A stretch of DNA of 64,000 nt, from NCBI GenBank assembly GCA_035193785.1, contig CP136572.1, positions 1,088,001-1,152,000 on the forward strand. The letters are read 5' to 3'. The notes under the pieces were generated by a model, which saw only the letters and a list, made by a program, of their open reading frames with translations, was not told where the DNA came from and searched no databases. Each line of letters starts with the position of its first letter. Positions within the stretch are counted from its first letter, which is position 1. Positions 35,239 through 46,648 of the stretch are shown one piece after another. Source of the stretch: Planktothrix sp. GU0601_MAG3. Lineage in GTDB: Bacteria; Cyanobacteriota; Cyanobacteriia; Cyanobacteriales; Microcoleaceae. Position numbers and translations under genes: made by a program.

Positions 35239-37329
35239 CTAAATTTCAACATCAATGGCTTGAAAAATCTGTTTAATCTCATTCGCAACAGAATAGTTTT
35301 GTTGTTGCCCGTAAAGTTCAACGGCTTTCCGATAAGCTGACCACATTTCACGAGGATTTTCAACTTGATCATCTGAGGTTCTAAGATTCAGTAAAACCCA
35401 ACCTAAATTATGATATGCCTCTGCATAATCAGATTTTAATTGAATGGCTTTTTCTAACAATGAACGGGCTTGTCCCCATTGCCCTTGTTGCCCTAAAACT
35501 GTACCGAGACGAAATAAAGTAAACGTATCAGCAGGGAATTTATGAGTAGAAGTTTCATAGGCTTGAATTGCTTTGGATAAATCTTTGATCTGTTCAGAAG
35601 CAATTCCTAAATTTTGCACTGCCCAATGGTTGGCTTGTGGGAGTCGAGAAGCTTTTTCAAAACTAGAAACTGCATCAGTCCATAGACCTTGCAAACCTTG
35701 TTTCCAACCTTTAAATACCCAAGCAAAAGTACAATCTGGCACTTGAGAAATACACTCTTGCACACATCGTTCTACATCCGTTGCCTGTTGAGTTACAACA
35801 GCTTTATCTAAAGCAACAATTAAACAAGGATAAACCCAGCGTTGGAGTTGCTGGCTTTGATTAGATTGTTTAGACTTAAAAATGGCTTGTCTGCCATAAC
35901 GAATTGCCGGCTTCCATTGCTGTTGATTAACGGCAATCCACGCTTGTAATCCCAATGAAAAGGAAGATTCAGTATCAAGTTGAATCGCTTGATTAATTGC
36001 TATTTCTGCTTGTTGCCAATGGTTAGATTTTCCTAATGCCCAGGCTAAATTAGCTTGTATCCAAGCCTCATGAGGGGAAAGATTTGTGGCTTGCTGCAAT
36101 TGTCTAACCGCTTCTGACCAATTTGATTTCCGACAATTAATCAAACCTAGCACTCCATAGCCCCTACCATCATTCGGTTTCAGTTGAATCGCTTTCTGTG
36201 CAGCCACTTCTGTCTGAGAGTCATTGAGGTGAATCAAAACCAGTGACAATTCGACGGCAGCATCACCATTATTAGGCTCATTAGTTAAACATTTTTCGTA
36301 AGATTCAACTGCTTCTGCTAATTTTCCTTGATTAACTAAATCCTGCGATCGCTTGTGCAGGGGCGAGACAAACTTACCGTTGAGCGCATCAATGAGTTCA
36401 TCAGCCGTTTGAAATCTCTCCTCTACCTTCATTCTCATTCCCGTTAAAATCACTTGTTCAATTAAAGGGCTGAGATTGGGGCGTAATTGCCGAGGGGTAG
36501 TGAGGGTTTCTGACGATACTCTGTCAGTAGCTGCGGCTGGTAATTCTCCAGTTAATAACTCATACATTGAAGCACACAAGGCATAAAAATCTGTGGCAGG
36601 ATAGCGTTTGCCTTTTGCTGAATACTGTTCAAGAGGAGCATATCCAGCCGTTAACACCTGCGTCATATTAGTGCTTTGATTAGCAATAAACTCTCTACTC
36701 GCACCGAAATCAATCAAAACTGCTCTATTTTGATTGTCGATGATAATATTTTCTGGTTTTATGTCCCTATGTAAAAGATTATTAGAGTGAACTATTTTCA
36801 AGGCTTCTGCTATTTCAATTATATAGCGTTTTACTCGTTCTTCTAATAAAGTTTTTTCTTCTTTCCATACCTGGTATAATGACTTACCCGAAATAAATTC
36901 CATAATTATATAAGCAGTATTATTCTCTTCAAACCAGTCATAAACCTTAGCAATATTACGGTGAACGCACCTCGATAAATAATTAGCTTCAAGCTGAAAT
37001 TTAGAGAGTTGTTGCTGTTTTGTCTGAGGAGTAATAGAATTCGGCCAAGTAATAGTTGTTCCTTGTCTGATCGCTTTTTCCGGCCAAAGTTCTTTAATGG
37101 CAACCCCTAATGAGTTTGTCGAATCAGTACCTTTATAAGTAATCCCAAATCCGCCTTCTCCCAAAGTTTTTTCAATCTTGTAGCGCCCTTGTTTGAGTAA
37201 TGCGCCAGCAGGCAAATGATAGGAAGATGAACTGCTGCTGCCAGCAGGAGTGAGGGAAAAGCCGCAGACAGTGCAAAACGACGCATTATCGGCATTTTCT
37301 GTCATGCAAGCGGGACAAGTAATAGACAT
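35239..37329 (-). CDS. Zn-ribbon + Ser/Thr protein kinase + TPR repeats
   Basis: CPAC..CTVC; GEGGFG, AIKE, HRDIKPEN, DFG; C-terminal TPRs (AEAYHNLG). Confidence 0.93.
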   Translation of the reverse strand: MSITCPACMTENADNASFCTVCGFSLTPAGSSSSSSYHLPAGALLKQGRYKIEKTLGEGGFGITYKGTDSTNSLGVAIKELWPEKAIRQGTTITWPNSITPQTKQQQLSKFQLEANYLSRCVHRNIAKVYDWFEENNTAYIIMEFISGKSLYQVWKEEKTLLEERVKRYIIEIAEALKIVHSNNLLHRDIKPENIIIDNQNRAVLIDFGASREFIANQSTNMTQVLTAGYAPLEQYSAKGKRYPATDFYALCASMYELLTGELPAAATDRVSSETLTTPRQLRPNLSPLIEQVILTGMRMKVEERFQTADELIDALNGKFVSPLHKRSQDLVNQGKLAEAVESYEKCLTNEPNNGDAAVELSLVLIHLNDSQTEVAAQKAIQLKPNDGRGYGVLGLINCRKSNWSEAVRQLQQATNLSPHEAWIQANLAWALGKSNHWQQAEIAINQAIQLDTESSFSLGLQAWIAVNQQQWKPAIRYGRQAIFKSKQSNQSQQLQRWVYPCLIVALDKAVVTQQATDVERCVQECISQVPDCTFAWVFKGWKQGLQGLWTDAVSSFEKASRLPQANHWAVQNLGIASEQIKDLSKAIQAYETSTHKFPADTFTLFRLGTVLGQQGQWGQARSLLEKAIQLKSDYAEAYHNLGWVLLNLRTSDDQVENPREMWSAYRKAVELYGQQQNYSVANEIKQIFQAIDVEI

Positions 37330-37354
37330 TTTAGTTACCTCAGTTCAAATTTTA

Positions 37355-38651
37355 TTAGTTCTCAAATCGAAATCGAACTTTGCCAAAGGCAATCTCATCC
37401 CCTGAATTTAAAATCTCAGGGGCAGTAATTCTTTTACTAAATCGTTGCTCTCCAGTCCGTTTGATGAAGGTTTCCATTAGTCGAGCCTAAATCTATGACG
37501 TTCCACTCTCCTGCCTCTTGATAAATTCCTGCGTGTTTACCAGATACCGTATTAGCACCAGAAAAACAAGATAAATTAATATCTACTGATTCCGGTTCAT
37601 CTAGTCCAATTCTTCCGACAATTAACCGGTTTTTATCTAATAAAAATTCACCACGAGAACTAAGATAGGGAACAGGAATCAGTTTAGGTATAACACTGCT
37701 TCCTCTCAAAAGGTTAATGATTTCCGTGGCTGTTTGCCAACGTTCCTCTACCCGCATTTTCATGCCAGTAACAATAACCTGATCTAATACAGGATCGATA
37801 CCGGATATCAATTGTCCGGGTGGAGCGAGGCTGTCTGATTGAATTCTCTCCGTTGCTTCTGGGGGAAGTTGACCTGTTAGCAATTCATACATGGAAGCGC
37901 ACAACGCATAAATATCTGTAGCCGGCCATCGCTTGCTTTTATAACTGTATTGTTCGAGGGGTGCGTATCCCCGCGTCAGTGTGACGCTCATTTGTCTAGT
38001 TTGCCCTGCAATGAACTCTTTTGTTGCGCCAAAATCAATCAGAATTGCTTTGTCTTGTCGATCAATCAGGATATTTTCTGGTTTTATATCTCGATGTAGT
38101 AAGTTAGCCTCGTGAATGATTTTGAGGGCTTCTGCTAGTTGCATTAAGTAACGTTTGACTCGTTGTACAGGCAGTGGCCCCTCTTCTTCAAGGATTTTAG
38201 AAAGGGGTTTGCCTGTAATGAAATCCATCACGACATACGCAGTGCTGTTTTCTTCAAAAAAATCATAAACTCTGACAATGTTTGGGTGTTGGCACTGAGA
38301 TAAATATTGAGCTTCTGTTGCTACTTTCTTCAGTTGCCAGTCTTTAACTTTCGGGGTAACAGTGTGGGGCCAAACTACTGTAGTTCCCTGCCGACTCGCT
38401 TTTTCTGGCCAGTTTTCTTTAATGGCGACAGTTCGAGAATTTACTAAGTCAATTCCCCTGTAAGTAATGCCAAACCCACCTTCGCCAATGAAGGTTTCAA
38501 TTTTATACTTTCCTTGCTGAAGGGAACTGCCCGGAGATAAGTAATAGGCTGATATTTGCGAGAAAAAAGAAGCACCGCAACTCATACAAGCTAGGGCATT
38601 TTGAGGATTTTCTGTAGCACAATAAGGACAGGTGATTGACATAGCTAACAT
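37355..38651 (-). CDS. Zn-ribbon + Ser/Thr protein kinase + FHA; apparent frameshift near 37472
   Basis: CPYC..CMSC; HRDIKPEN, DFG; VGR...VSGKHA...DLGSTNGTF after correction. Confidence 0.92.
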
Positions 38652-38665
38652 CTACTCCTATTGAT

Positions 38666-40648
38666 TTAGTAACGGTTATCTGAATGGCAGCTAAGTTCTA
38701 ATGCTAGAAGTGTCGCGTTGTCAGATGCTCCTCGTTGAAGGACGCAATTAATTACTTCATCAACTGCTGTTTGCAAAGTTTGGTGATGGGTAAAAATTTT
38801 AGCTATTTCTTCGTTGGATACTAGATCCCATACGCCGTCGGAACATAGTAACAAGATGTCACTATTTTCTAGGGGTAAGGATAGGTTTTGACCCGAACGG
38901 CTTAACTGTTGAACGTAGCCATCGCTTAACCTGCGTTTTGAACCGATCGATTTGGTGAGGACATTGCGATCTGGGTGATCTAAGCTTTCTTCCTGGGTGA
39001 TTTGACCACTGGCAACGAGCATAGCTACCAGTGAATGATCTTCGCTTAATTGGCTTATTTCTCCTTGTCTGAGAAGATATATTCGGCTATCTCCAACGTG
39101 CGCGATCGCTAAATCTCGCCCAACTGCTAAAATAATACTTAATGTTGTTCCACCATCACGCACATTAGTAGCTACAGATTCATTGGCTTTCTGCACTAAT
39201 GAGACGAGCCATTCCGATTTTTTTTCTATACTATTAAATTCATTAGGGATAGGTTCTTCAAGGACTGTTTGAACCGCTAATTTACTAGCAACTTCACCTT
39301 GAGACATTCCGCCCATGCCGTCAGCAACGACTCCTAATATCAGAGTTTCTGAATTGCTTAACTGCAATTGCCGGATGCCATAGCTGTCTTCATTTTGTAA
39401 GCGGCTGGTTGACAAGCCGGTAGTTGATTGGCTCGCGACATTCCAGTGAATTTTAGTAGCCTGTAAAGATTGACGGGTTTCTACTAATAGGCTTAATAGT
39501 TGAGATAGTGAAAAGCGTTCTTCGGGCAAGGGAGAGAGTGAAATTTTTAGGAGTTGGTAAATCAGGGGGATGGGGTTAATTTTAATGTCGATTTGGTTGT
39601 CGGAGGAAAGGGGTTGTTTGTGAATGGCATGATACAATAAAGCTCCTACTGTATAGCTGCTCATTGCTTCTTGGATGGGATGGCTATATGCGAGTTCAGG
39701 AGCGCAGTAGTTTTCTAACAAGCCGGATTGTAGTTTTTCATTGAGTGGATAAGCTCCTGTTAAGTCAAAAAATTTGAGGGGAATTCCTATTTCAATAAAT
39801 TCGGGAAGGATTTGGACAAAGCACCACCCCTGCTGATGAATATGGCGAAAGAATTGACAAACTTGACTGGTTATGGATAATGAGGATTCTAAGGAGTTAT
39901 CTTGTTCTAGCCAAGCCTGTAAGGTGGTTTTTTCTTCAGGGAGATAGGTTAGTACAAGTAGTTTGCGATCGCTCCCATCTCCATACATTTCTACTTCTGG
40001 GTAGCATTCTTCCTCTAAATATTCTGATTCTGCATTAGTTTGATCAGTAGTATTCTCCAAGGAGTTAAGCACTCCAACCAAAGAAACCGGGTTATTTAGG
40101 GAATCTGCGGGCTGCAACGAAGTATTTGGGTGAAAAAACACGGTTTCTGGGTCGTTAGTAACTATCTCCCCTAAATATTCTGATTGGGGATGACTTTCAT
40201 TAGTAGTATCTTCGGCTACACTCGCTGATTCTTTGTTATTTTGTTCTGCTTGATTGGAGGTTGGCTCTGCTAAATTGGCGAAGGATTCTATCTGGTCAAA
40301 ATCCATTTTTAGCTCCGGCTTTTCTGGTTCTGGTTGCTGATAGGATAGAGCTGATCGCAAATCTATCTTTACGGAATCTTCGATAGTTTGAGCGAGTAGT
40401 TCGCTAATCATTTTATAGCCAATTAAAAGCTTTCGCACATCGAGTTCTCGCTTTAATCCGCCTTCTGTAGAACCGACGCGCAATAAGCCGAGTTTTTGGG
40501 ATTCGGTACTGCCATGATCATCTGTTTCAATATTTACTTTGAAGTAGTGAATCCCTGCTGTTATTTGACCCAAATATGATAAAATTTCTAATTGAAAGTT
40601 ATCTATTGAGAACCGAGATTTTTCTTGAATTACTAAAGCATTCGTCAT
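38666..40648 (-). CDS. Degenerate kinase-like domain + PP2C phosphatase
   Basis: NEDS, VADGMGG, HVGDSR, CSDG, SDN; upstream YCAPE kinase C-lobe-like region lacking HRD/DFG. Confidence 0.9.
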   Translation of the reverse strand: MTNALVIQEKSRFSIDNFQLEILSYLGQITAGIHYFKVNIETDDHGSTESQKLGLLRVGSTEGGLKRELDVRKLLIGYKMISELLAQTIEDSVKIDLRSALSYQQPEPEKPELKMDFDQIESFANLAEPTSNQAEQNNKESASVAEDTTNESHPQSEYLGEIVTNDPETVFFHPNTSLQPADSLNNPVSLVGVLNSLENTTDQTNAESEYLEEECYPEVEMYGDGSDRKLLVLTYLPEEKTTLQAWLEQDNSLESSLSITSQVCQFFRHIHQQGWCFVQILPEFIEIGIPLKFFDLTGAYPLNEKLQSGLLENYCAPELAYSHPIQEAMSSYTVGALLYHAIHKQPLSSDNQIDIKINPIPLIYQLLKISLSPLPEERFSLSQLLSLLVETRQSLQATKIHWNVASQSTTGLSTSRLQNEDSYGIRQLQLSNSETLILGVVADGMGGMSQGEVASKLAVQTVLEEPIPNEFNSIEKKSEWLVSLVQKANESVATNVRDGGTTLSIILAVGRDLAIAHVGDSRIYLLRQGEISQLSEDHSLVAMLVASGQITQEESLDHPDRNVLTKSIGSKRRLSDGYVQQLSRSGQNLSLPLENSDILLLCSDGVWDLVSNEEIAKIFTHHQTLQTAVDEVINCVLQRGASDNATLLALELSCHSDNRY

Positions 40649-40746
40649 AGGAATCTGAGGTAATAAAGTTGTAGATTCAAATAAGCCGATATGAGCGGGT
40701 TTAGAGTCAATTGCCCCAGGGGGTTAAACCCGGGGCTGGAGGTTAA

Positions 40747-41313
40747 TTAAGGAGTTTGAAAGAGGAAGCGAATTTTCGCGATCGCAATCTCATCTCCATT
40801 ATTTAAAATCTCAGGCATGGTAATCCGGGCTGCGAATTTAGACTGACCGACCTGTTTAATGAAAACACCATTAGTTGAGCCAAGATCCTTAATTTTCCAC
40901 GCGCCTCCTTCTTGATAAATTTCTGCATGGTTGCGGGAAATAGTTTCGTCTCCAGAAAAACCTTCTAAATCAATATCTACAGGCCCCATATCGGGGTCAA
41001 ACTTACCGATAATTGCATTGCTTCCATCAAGAGGAAATTCGCTAGTTGGCGAACTAGGTTGTTTGGAAATGAGCCTTGCCGTTGCAGCCGAAGGTATCGA
41101 AGTAGGGGCAGTTGGGAAAGAAGGAAATGTGGGTGGCGCAGGAGGTGTAAAAGTCCCGTTAGTTGGAGCAGGGGCGGGTAAAATTGGCTCTGGGGACTGA
41201 ACTATAGTGGGGGCTACGGATACAGAGGCACCTCCGAGTTCATACCCACAAGCATCGCAAAATTCTGCATCACTTGGGTTTTCATAGCTACAGGCGGGGC
41301 AATTAATAGTCAT
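40747..41313 (-). CDS. Zn-ribbon + Pro-rich linker + FHA protein
   Basis: CPAC..CDAC; ISRNHA, DLGSTNG. Confidence 0.92.
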   Translation of the reverse strand: MTINCPACSYENPSDAEFCDACGYELGGASVSVAPTIVQSPEPILPAPAPTNGTFTPPAPPTFPSFPTAPTSIPSAATARLISKQPSSPTSEFPLDGSNAIIGKFDPDMGPVDIDLEGFSGDETISRNHAEIYQEGGAWKIKDLGSTNGVFIKQVGQSKFAARITMPEILNNGDEIAIAKIRFLFQTP

Positions 41314-41361
41314 AGTTTTAGCTCCTTTAGTTATAAATGTGAGGTTGGAAAAATTGTGGTT

Positions 41362-42745
41362 CTAGGTTCCTGAAATCTTCCGAATTTGTTCTTCAGAAAG
41401 ATCATCATTGATATCTCCGCCCATTTTGACGGTTTTTCCTTTGGAACCCATTTTGACGGTTTTGCGAGTTCCGTCGGAAATTTTGCGGGTTTTTCGCAAT
41501 TCGTCTTGAGCTTGATTGAGAGATTCAGTCATCGCGTCATTGCCAATTCTTACTGTCATTCGGCGGGCAGTTTCTAACAGTTCTTCTGCCCTCTGGGGAT
41601 TATTTTCAGCAATGCGTGTAGCTTCGCCAACGAGTTGGGAAATATTGCACTGTTGTACATAACCCATGACCTCTTGATCTACTTGGGCTGCTACTTGGCC
41701 GGCAACAAATTGTACGAGTAGATTTGCCGGGGGTTTCTTCACCGCGATGGTTTTTTCCGGGTACATCGTAGGTTAAGCCTAATTGGGCAATTCGGACGCG
41801 GGATGCAGCACGACTTTCTATGCTGAATTCTAAGATGAAAACAGTTTCGTCGTTGGCGACAGCATTGCCAATAGGATAAGGTTCTTGAGTTAGGGAAAAT
41901 TCAGCTTGAGAAGGATAGGCGCGGACAATGCGAGTCAGTTTTACACCTTGAACTGTTTTGACGGTTAAGGCTAAGTTGGTGATGACTTCTTGCTGCGCTT
42001 GGCTGAATTCCTGAATGATTATATCGGGAAGTTTGCTAATAGAAACTGCTGCACCGCTTTGGTTTTCTTGTGCAACGATGTGAAGCGGAATTCCGCCAGT
42101 TGTATCGCTAAGATGGGTGAGTAAGTTTTCGTTAAATTCTCCAACTCCTAATGCGGTAATGGGGGTGTTATTGGCGGCAAATTCGCTGGCGATCACCCTG
42201 CATAAATCTTCATCAAAGGTTTGGCCGTCAGTAAATAGCAAGGTGCGCCGGATAGTCATGTTTTGCCCTGAGAGCAAGTTTAATGCCTGACGCAAACCCA
42301 ATCCCATGCGAGTACCGCCGGAAAACTCACGGAGTCGATCAATCGCGTTTTCTAATTGACTGGTTTGGGTGGCTGGAGTGAGTCCGATCAGGGTAGAAGC
42401 GGAGTCGTCAAACTGGACGATAGAAATGCGATCACTCGCGCCAAGTTTGCCAGAGTAAATCAGTTTGTTTAGGGACTCAATCACAATATCTATCTTGGTT
42501 TGCCCTCCGGTGACACTCATATACTCTTGACCATCCACCATAAAAATATTACCAGTAGGTACGACTTCACCGACTACAACTTCACGCATGGAACCGCTGG
42601 TATCAATTAGAAAAACAAAGGTTGTTGGCGGGCGCGTATTTGCTACTTCTTTTTTCGGCCGAAGCTTCAACATTACAAACAGTTTTTGTTCTGAAGAATC
42701 AGCAGGTAAAAACTCACGGTGAGGGGTAATTGAAACATTTAACAT
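41362..42745 (-). CDS. Cytoplasmic vWA-domain protein; apparent frameshift near 41734
   Basis: MIDAS DTSGS, GGT, FTDG; helical C-terminus joins after correction. Confidence 0.9.
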
Positions 42746-42789
42746 AATGACAGTAAGCTCCTAATTTTGATAGTGAAATGGTCTTTAGA

Positions 42790-43173
42790 TCAGAACCTCA
42801 AAGGAGGTAAACACCCAATTGCAGGTTCAATGCTAGATAAATCTGGGGCAATTAAAGGTGGTATTTGTTGGTATCCTGATTCCTGCAATTGATTAAATTG
42901 TTCAGCAATCATTAAAGGTAACTCAAGGGTTAAGATTGTTTCTCGATAGCCTTCTTGAATATCTTCTATCCAAGATTTAATCATCTGATTAAGATGATTG
43001 TCGCTAATCTTACAAGCGCTTTCTTTTTGCAGATGGTTTCGCATTTGATCACGAACCTCTGGGGTAAAAACTAAGTTGGGATTATTTTCTTGGGCGGTTG
43101 TTAAATCCAGAGTGTAGCCAAACCCCTCCTGTTGGGCAGGATTTAATTTAAGATTGAACAGATACTTAACCAT
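42790..43173 (-). CDS. Conserved hypothetical protein
   Basis: 127-aa ORF co-oriented within the operon. Confidence 0.65.
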   Translation of the reverse strand: MVKYLFNLKLNPAQQEGFGYTLDLTTAQENNPNLVFTPEVRDQMRNHLQKESACKISDNHLNQMIKSWIEDIQEGYRETILTLELPLMIAEQFNQLQESGYQQIPPLIAPDLSSIEPAIGCLPPLRF

Positions 43174-43228
43174 ACTGAATTTTAATGAATAGCCTTAAAT
43201 TGAGATCGATTTTCAACAGTCATACTCC

Positions 43229-43458
43229 TTATTTTTTAGTTAAATTACTGTTAGCAGTTCTAACTTCTAAGGTGACATCTCCGAGTTTTCGTTTATGTCC
43301 ATTTGAAAGTTCATGTCTAAGAATTTTCATTCCTTTATCTTTCATTGTTTCGTCAAACTCCATAATAATTTTTTCTTCTTCTGTGTAAATTTTGGTAGTT
43401 ATTGGGGGATATCCTTGACTTTTTCTTAGGTAAACATGAGCATCTTCTGAACTTCCTA
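43229..43458 (-). pseudogene. Orphan C-terminal FHA-like fragment
   Basis: Open frame IGSSEDAHVYL...ELSNGHKRKLGDVTLEV with no start at its 5' edge; resembles IGSSEKANIRI of the 48994 gene. Confidence 0.5.
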
Positions 43459-44872
43459 TTAATTTTCAATCATGCGGTCATAAACCCTCTTTGAAATTTC
43501 AGGAAAAATCTTCCAATCATCCCCAAAGCTAGGATTGTCAGCTAAGATGACTAAAATATAACGAGTTTTTCGATCAGGACTTTCGATAATAGCTGCATCT
43601 TGGCGACTTTCAAATGTCCATCCAACTTTTGAAAAAACGTAACTATCTTGAGGCAAAGATTCAGCAAAGAAACCCGCGATAGAATTATATTCCTTTTGTT
43701 TCCAAACTTGCGGATTTAAGTCTCGTTTTAACAAATCTTTAATTTTTAAACTGTATTCTTTAGAAATAGCTTGGTTACTATCAATTTCATAAAGAAGTCG
43801 AGCGATATCATAACTGGTTAAATTATTTCTAATCGGTAACGTTCCTTTTCCACGAATTTGTAAATCTCTACCTTTGTCTGGTCTGTCTAAATTTAGATAA
43901 GGAATGGGAAAGTTTTTCTGGCTAACATTAAGATTCCTATAACCAGCATTCTCAAAAAATTCATTAACCGATAGTCGCTTATCCATCCAAATCTTGAGTT
44001 CTTCTGAATTCAATTCTCCGCCAGATTCTGTTCCTGTAATTGCATCGACAACACGACTAGCAGGTTTCATTATCAGAATCTTGAATTATTTTATAAATAT
44101 CTTGCTCTGAAATTGTTTTCTCTGGAAGAATACCAGCATCGTATTGTCCATATAAAGCAACTAACCAAAATAACTTAGAAACACTAGCCGGAAAAATAGG
44201 TTGCTTGTCAGAATATGAAGCATAATCACAACAGTTATTCGGATAACTTAAGTTAACTAAGCTAATGGATAAGTTATGAGTTGATAAACCTTTAGCTTGT
44301 ATCAAGGCTAAAATCTCATCAACAATTTGTTGCAATTTCTGATCAGTTTTAAATGGAGGAGGGCTTTTAAGGTTATAACTTAATTTTGAAAAATTAGAAG
44401 ATGCAACAGATGTAGAAGGTAGAATAGGTGGCGATAACACACTATTGATTTCTCTCTGATCTTGTAACTCAATTGTAAATGTTTGATCCTGTTTTGACTT
44501 AGGATGACTAATCACTAGGATGTAACTTCCTGTTTGAGACAATTCTTGCTCCAGAAAACCCTGTAATCTGAGTGGACGATTGTTCGGCTGGATTAGTGTC
44601 GATTGAATACTGGTATTTAGGACTAATTTTTGACCCACATCAGCATTAAAACCATAGCAACTGGCAGATTGAATTGGGATTGTTTGAGATTGGTTGGGCA
44701 TAAGATTTAAGTCTTGGGGTGTTTTACATTGGCTATTTCTATTACCAGAATTTTGAATCCAAAAACAGAGTCCGATAATACTCAAGATTACAGTAGGAAC
44801 TGAACAAAGAAATAAGTAAAACCTCAGCTTTTTAGGATAATGGATTTTACGTCGAGGTATTTTTAATGGCAT
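43459..44872 (-). CDS. Membrane-anchored beta-sandwich + class A beta-lactamase-like serine hydrolase; apparent frameshift near 44065
   Basis: PASVSK (SxxK), SDN, SKVG motifs; N-terminal TM helix. Confidence 0.85.
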
Positions 44873-45754
44873 TATTCTGCTTTTTTATAGTCGTAAATTT
44901 TCCAATTTCCATTTTCTTCCGAGAAGAAATAAGTATAATTCCCCGTTGATGAACCTGATCTGTTATAATCAATCCCATTAGAGCCATAAAGCGTTCGATC
45001 TTCATATACACGAACAGTGAGAGATGGTTGACTTCCTGAATCAGAAAAAGAGATAACTTCAGTAACGCGAGCATCTTTGTAATCGTAACGAGAATTATTT
45101 TTTTCTAACCAATTAATTGAACCATTTGGTTTAGTAATATCTTTATAAAGTTGCCCTGTCGTGTATTGATTAACTAATTGCCGATTAAAGGGAGGGGCAA
45201 AGATTTTAGATTTAGAAACCTAACCAATTTCCAACTAATTGAGCAGCTTGATTCTGACTTAATCCACTACTACTAGAACTTGATGAAACAGAAGGTTCAG
45301 GAACACTGGTCGGAGATGAAGTTGGGTTAACAGGAGAAGGATTAGAGGCAGCTTGCAAGCCTCCTAAACTCATTGCCAAGTTAAATGTTGTAGCGCCTTT
45401 GAGTGCAGCAACTTGAATGGTGTATTTTCCATTTTTAGGTAAGTCAATTCCTTCTACAGGCGTTAAATCTTGTGTAAAAATCCAAATACAAATATCATCT
45501 TTAGTTTGGTAATTCAGTTTTTGTCCAGCTTCAGCCTCAAAGGTATATCCAACGGTTTTACCAGCTTTGATTTGGCCGGATTCTTGGGTTGTCCCAGAAG
45601 TTGTTAAGGTAATCGGTTTGACATCTTTTTCCTCTAAAGTAACCGGAGGTTTTTCAGGGCAACTACCGGAAAAAGAGTCAGGAGTTTGAGAAATAGAAGG
45701 ACTATTACATCCAACGATTGCAAGTAATAAAACTGAGATGGAAAGCTTTTTCAT
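44872..45754 (-). CDS. Lipoprotein: PPC-like beta-sandwich + DUF4101/ARC6-IMS-like domain; apparent frameshift near 45215
   Basis: Lipobox IVGC; A..LV.NWL..K.KIFAPPF...GSINWL..NN..Y...GNWKIYD after correction. Confidence 0.75.
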
Positions 45755-45801
45755 GGGTTTAAAACACCAAATAGAATACAATTAAATGGTTATCCAAAAA
45801 A

Positions 45802-46639
45802 TTACTTAAGTTCTAATAAAGTAGATTCGCCGACTATAGCTCCATTAATTTCTGTTCTTACAAATTTTGCGAAAGCTCTAGCTTGTTGTAAATCTGTAAA
45901 GGAAGCAACTTGAATCCAAGCGATGTTAGTTTCTTTATTGGTTCTTTTTAAAGCATCTGTGCAGAATAAAGCACGAACTTTACTAAGATTTGCTTCAGTA
46001 TAGGGAATTTTAACGGGATAAAATCGAACTGGATAGGCATTCGGATCATTGGGTCGAGAATCACCACAGGAAACTTGAGGGAAGTTTGAGTGAGAGAAAG
46101 AATAAGAGGAAGGAATTGGAGTTGACTCAACAGGTACAGGTTCAGAGAAAGAATAAGAGGAAGGAATTCGAGTTGACTGAACAGGTACAGGTGGCGGAAA
46201 CAGGTACGGGTTGAGGAGGTGGAACAGAAGCAGAAGCCGCCTTAACATCTAAACCTATTTCTATATCAAAGGTTTTGGAACCTTGAAGCGTAGTAATTTG
46301 TGCGGTATATTTACCATCTTGAGGCAAGGTTGTACTGGTAATTACTTCATTATCTGGGCGATAAATCCACATACAAATTCCTTCCGTTGTTAGATAACTA
46401 AGTTGTTGATTTTTTTTCCCGATAAAGCTATAGCCTACGGCTCGACCTGTTTGAACTATTCCCGATTCTTTTACCTGCTGACCATCAATTGAAATGGTTT
46501 TCACATTTTCAGAAATTAATGTTTCCTTCGGTCTTTGAGGACATTCTTTCATAGTAGTTTGTGCCTGAATTTGGTTAAAGAGTTGAGAATCACAACCCGA
46601 TAGAATTAAAGCAAATAAATAGAGTAATATTTTTTTCAT
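45802..46639 (-). CDS. Lipoprotein: PPC-like beta-sandwich + Pro/Ser linker + unknown C-terminal domain; apparent frameshift near 46198
   Basis: Lipobox LSGC; N-domain paralogous to the 45754 gene; C-terminal FPQVSCGD...FYPV...IQVASF. Confidence 0.75.
46093..46192. repeat. 51-bp in-frame tandem duplication
   Basis: agagaaagaataagaggaaggaatt.gagttgact.aacaggtacaggt at 46093 and 46144. Confidence 0.9.
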
Positions 46640-46648
46640 GAATTTCTC

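Noticed and set aside
43459..44872. Antibiotic-resistance beta-lactamase
   Set aside because: The fold motifs are also typical of cyanobacterial PBP-A-like serine hydrolases; no sequence evidence of resistance function
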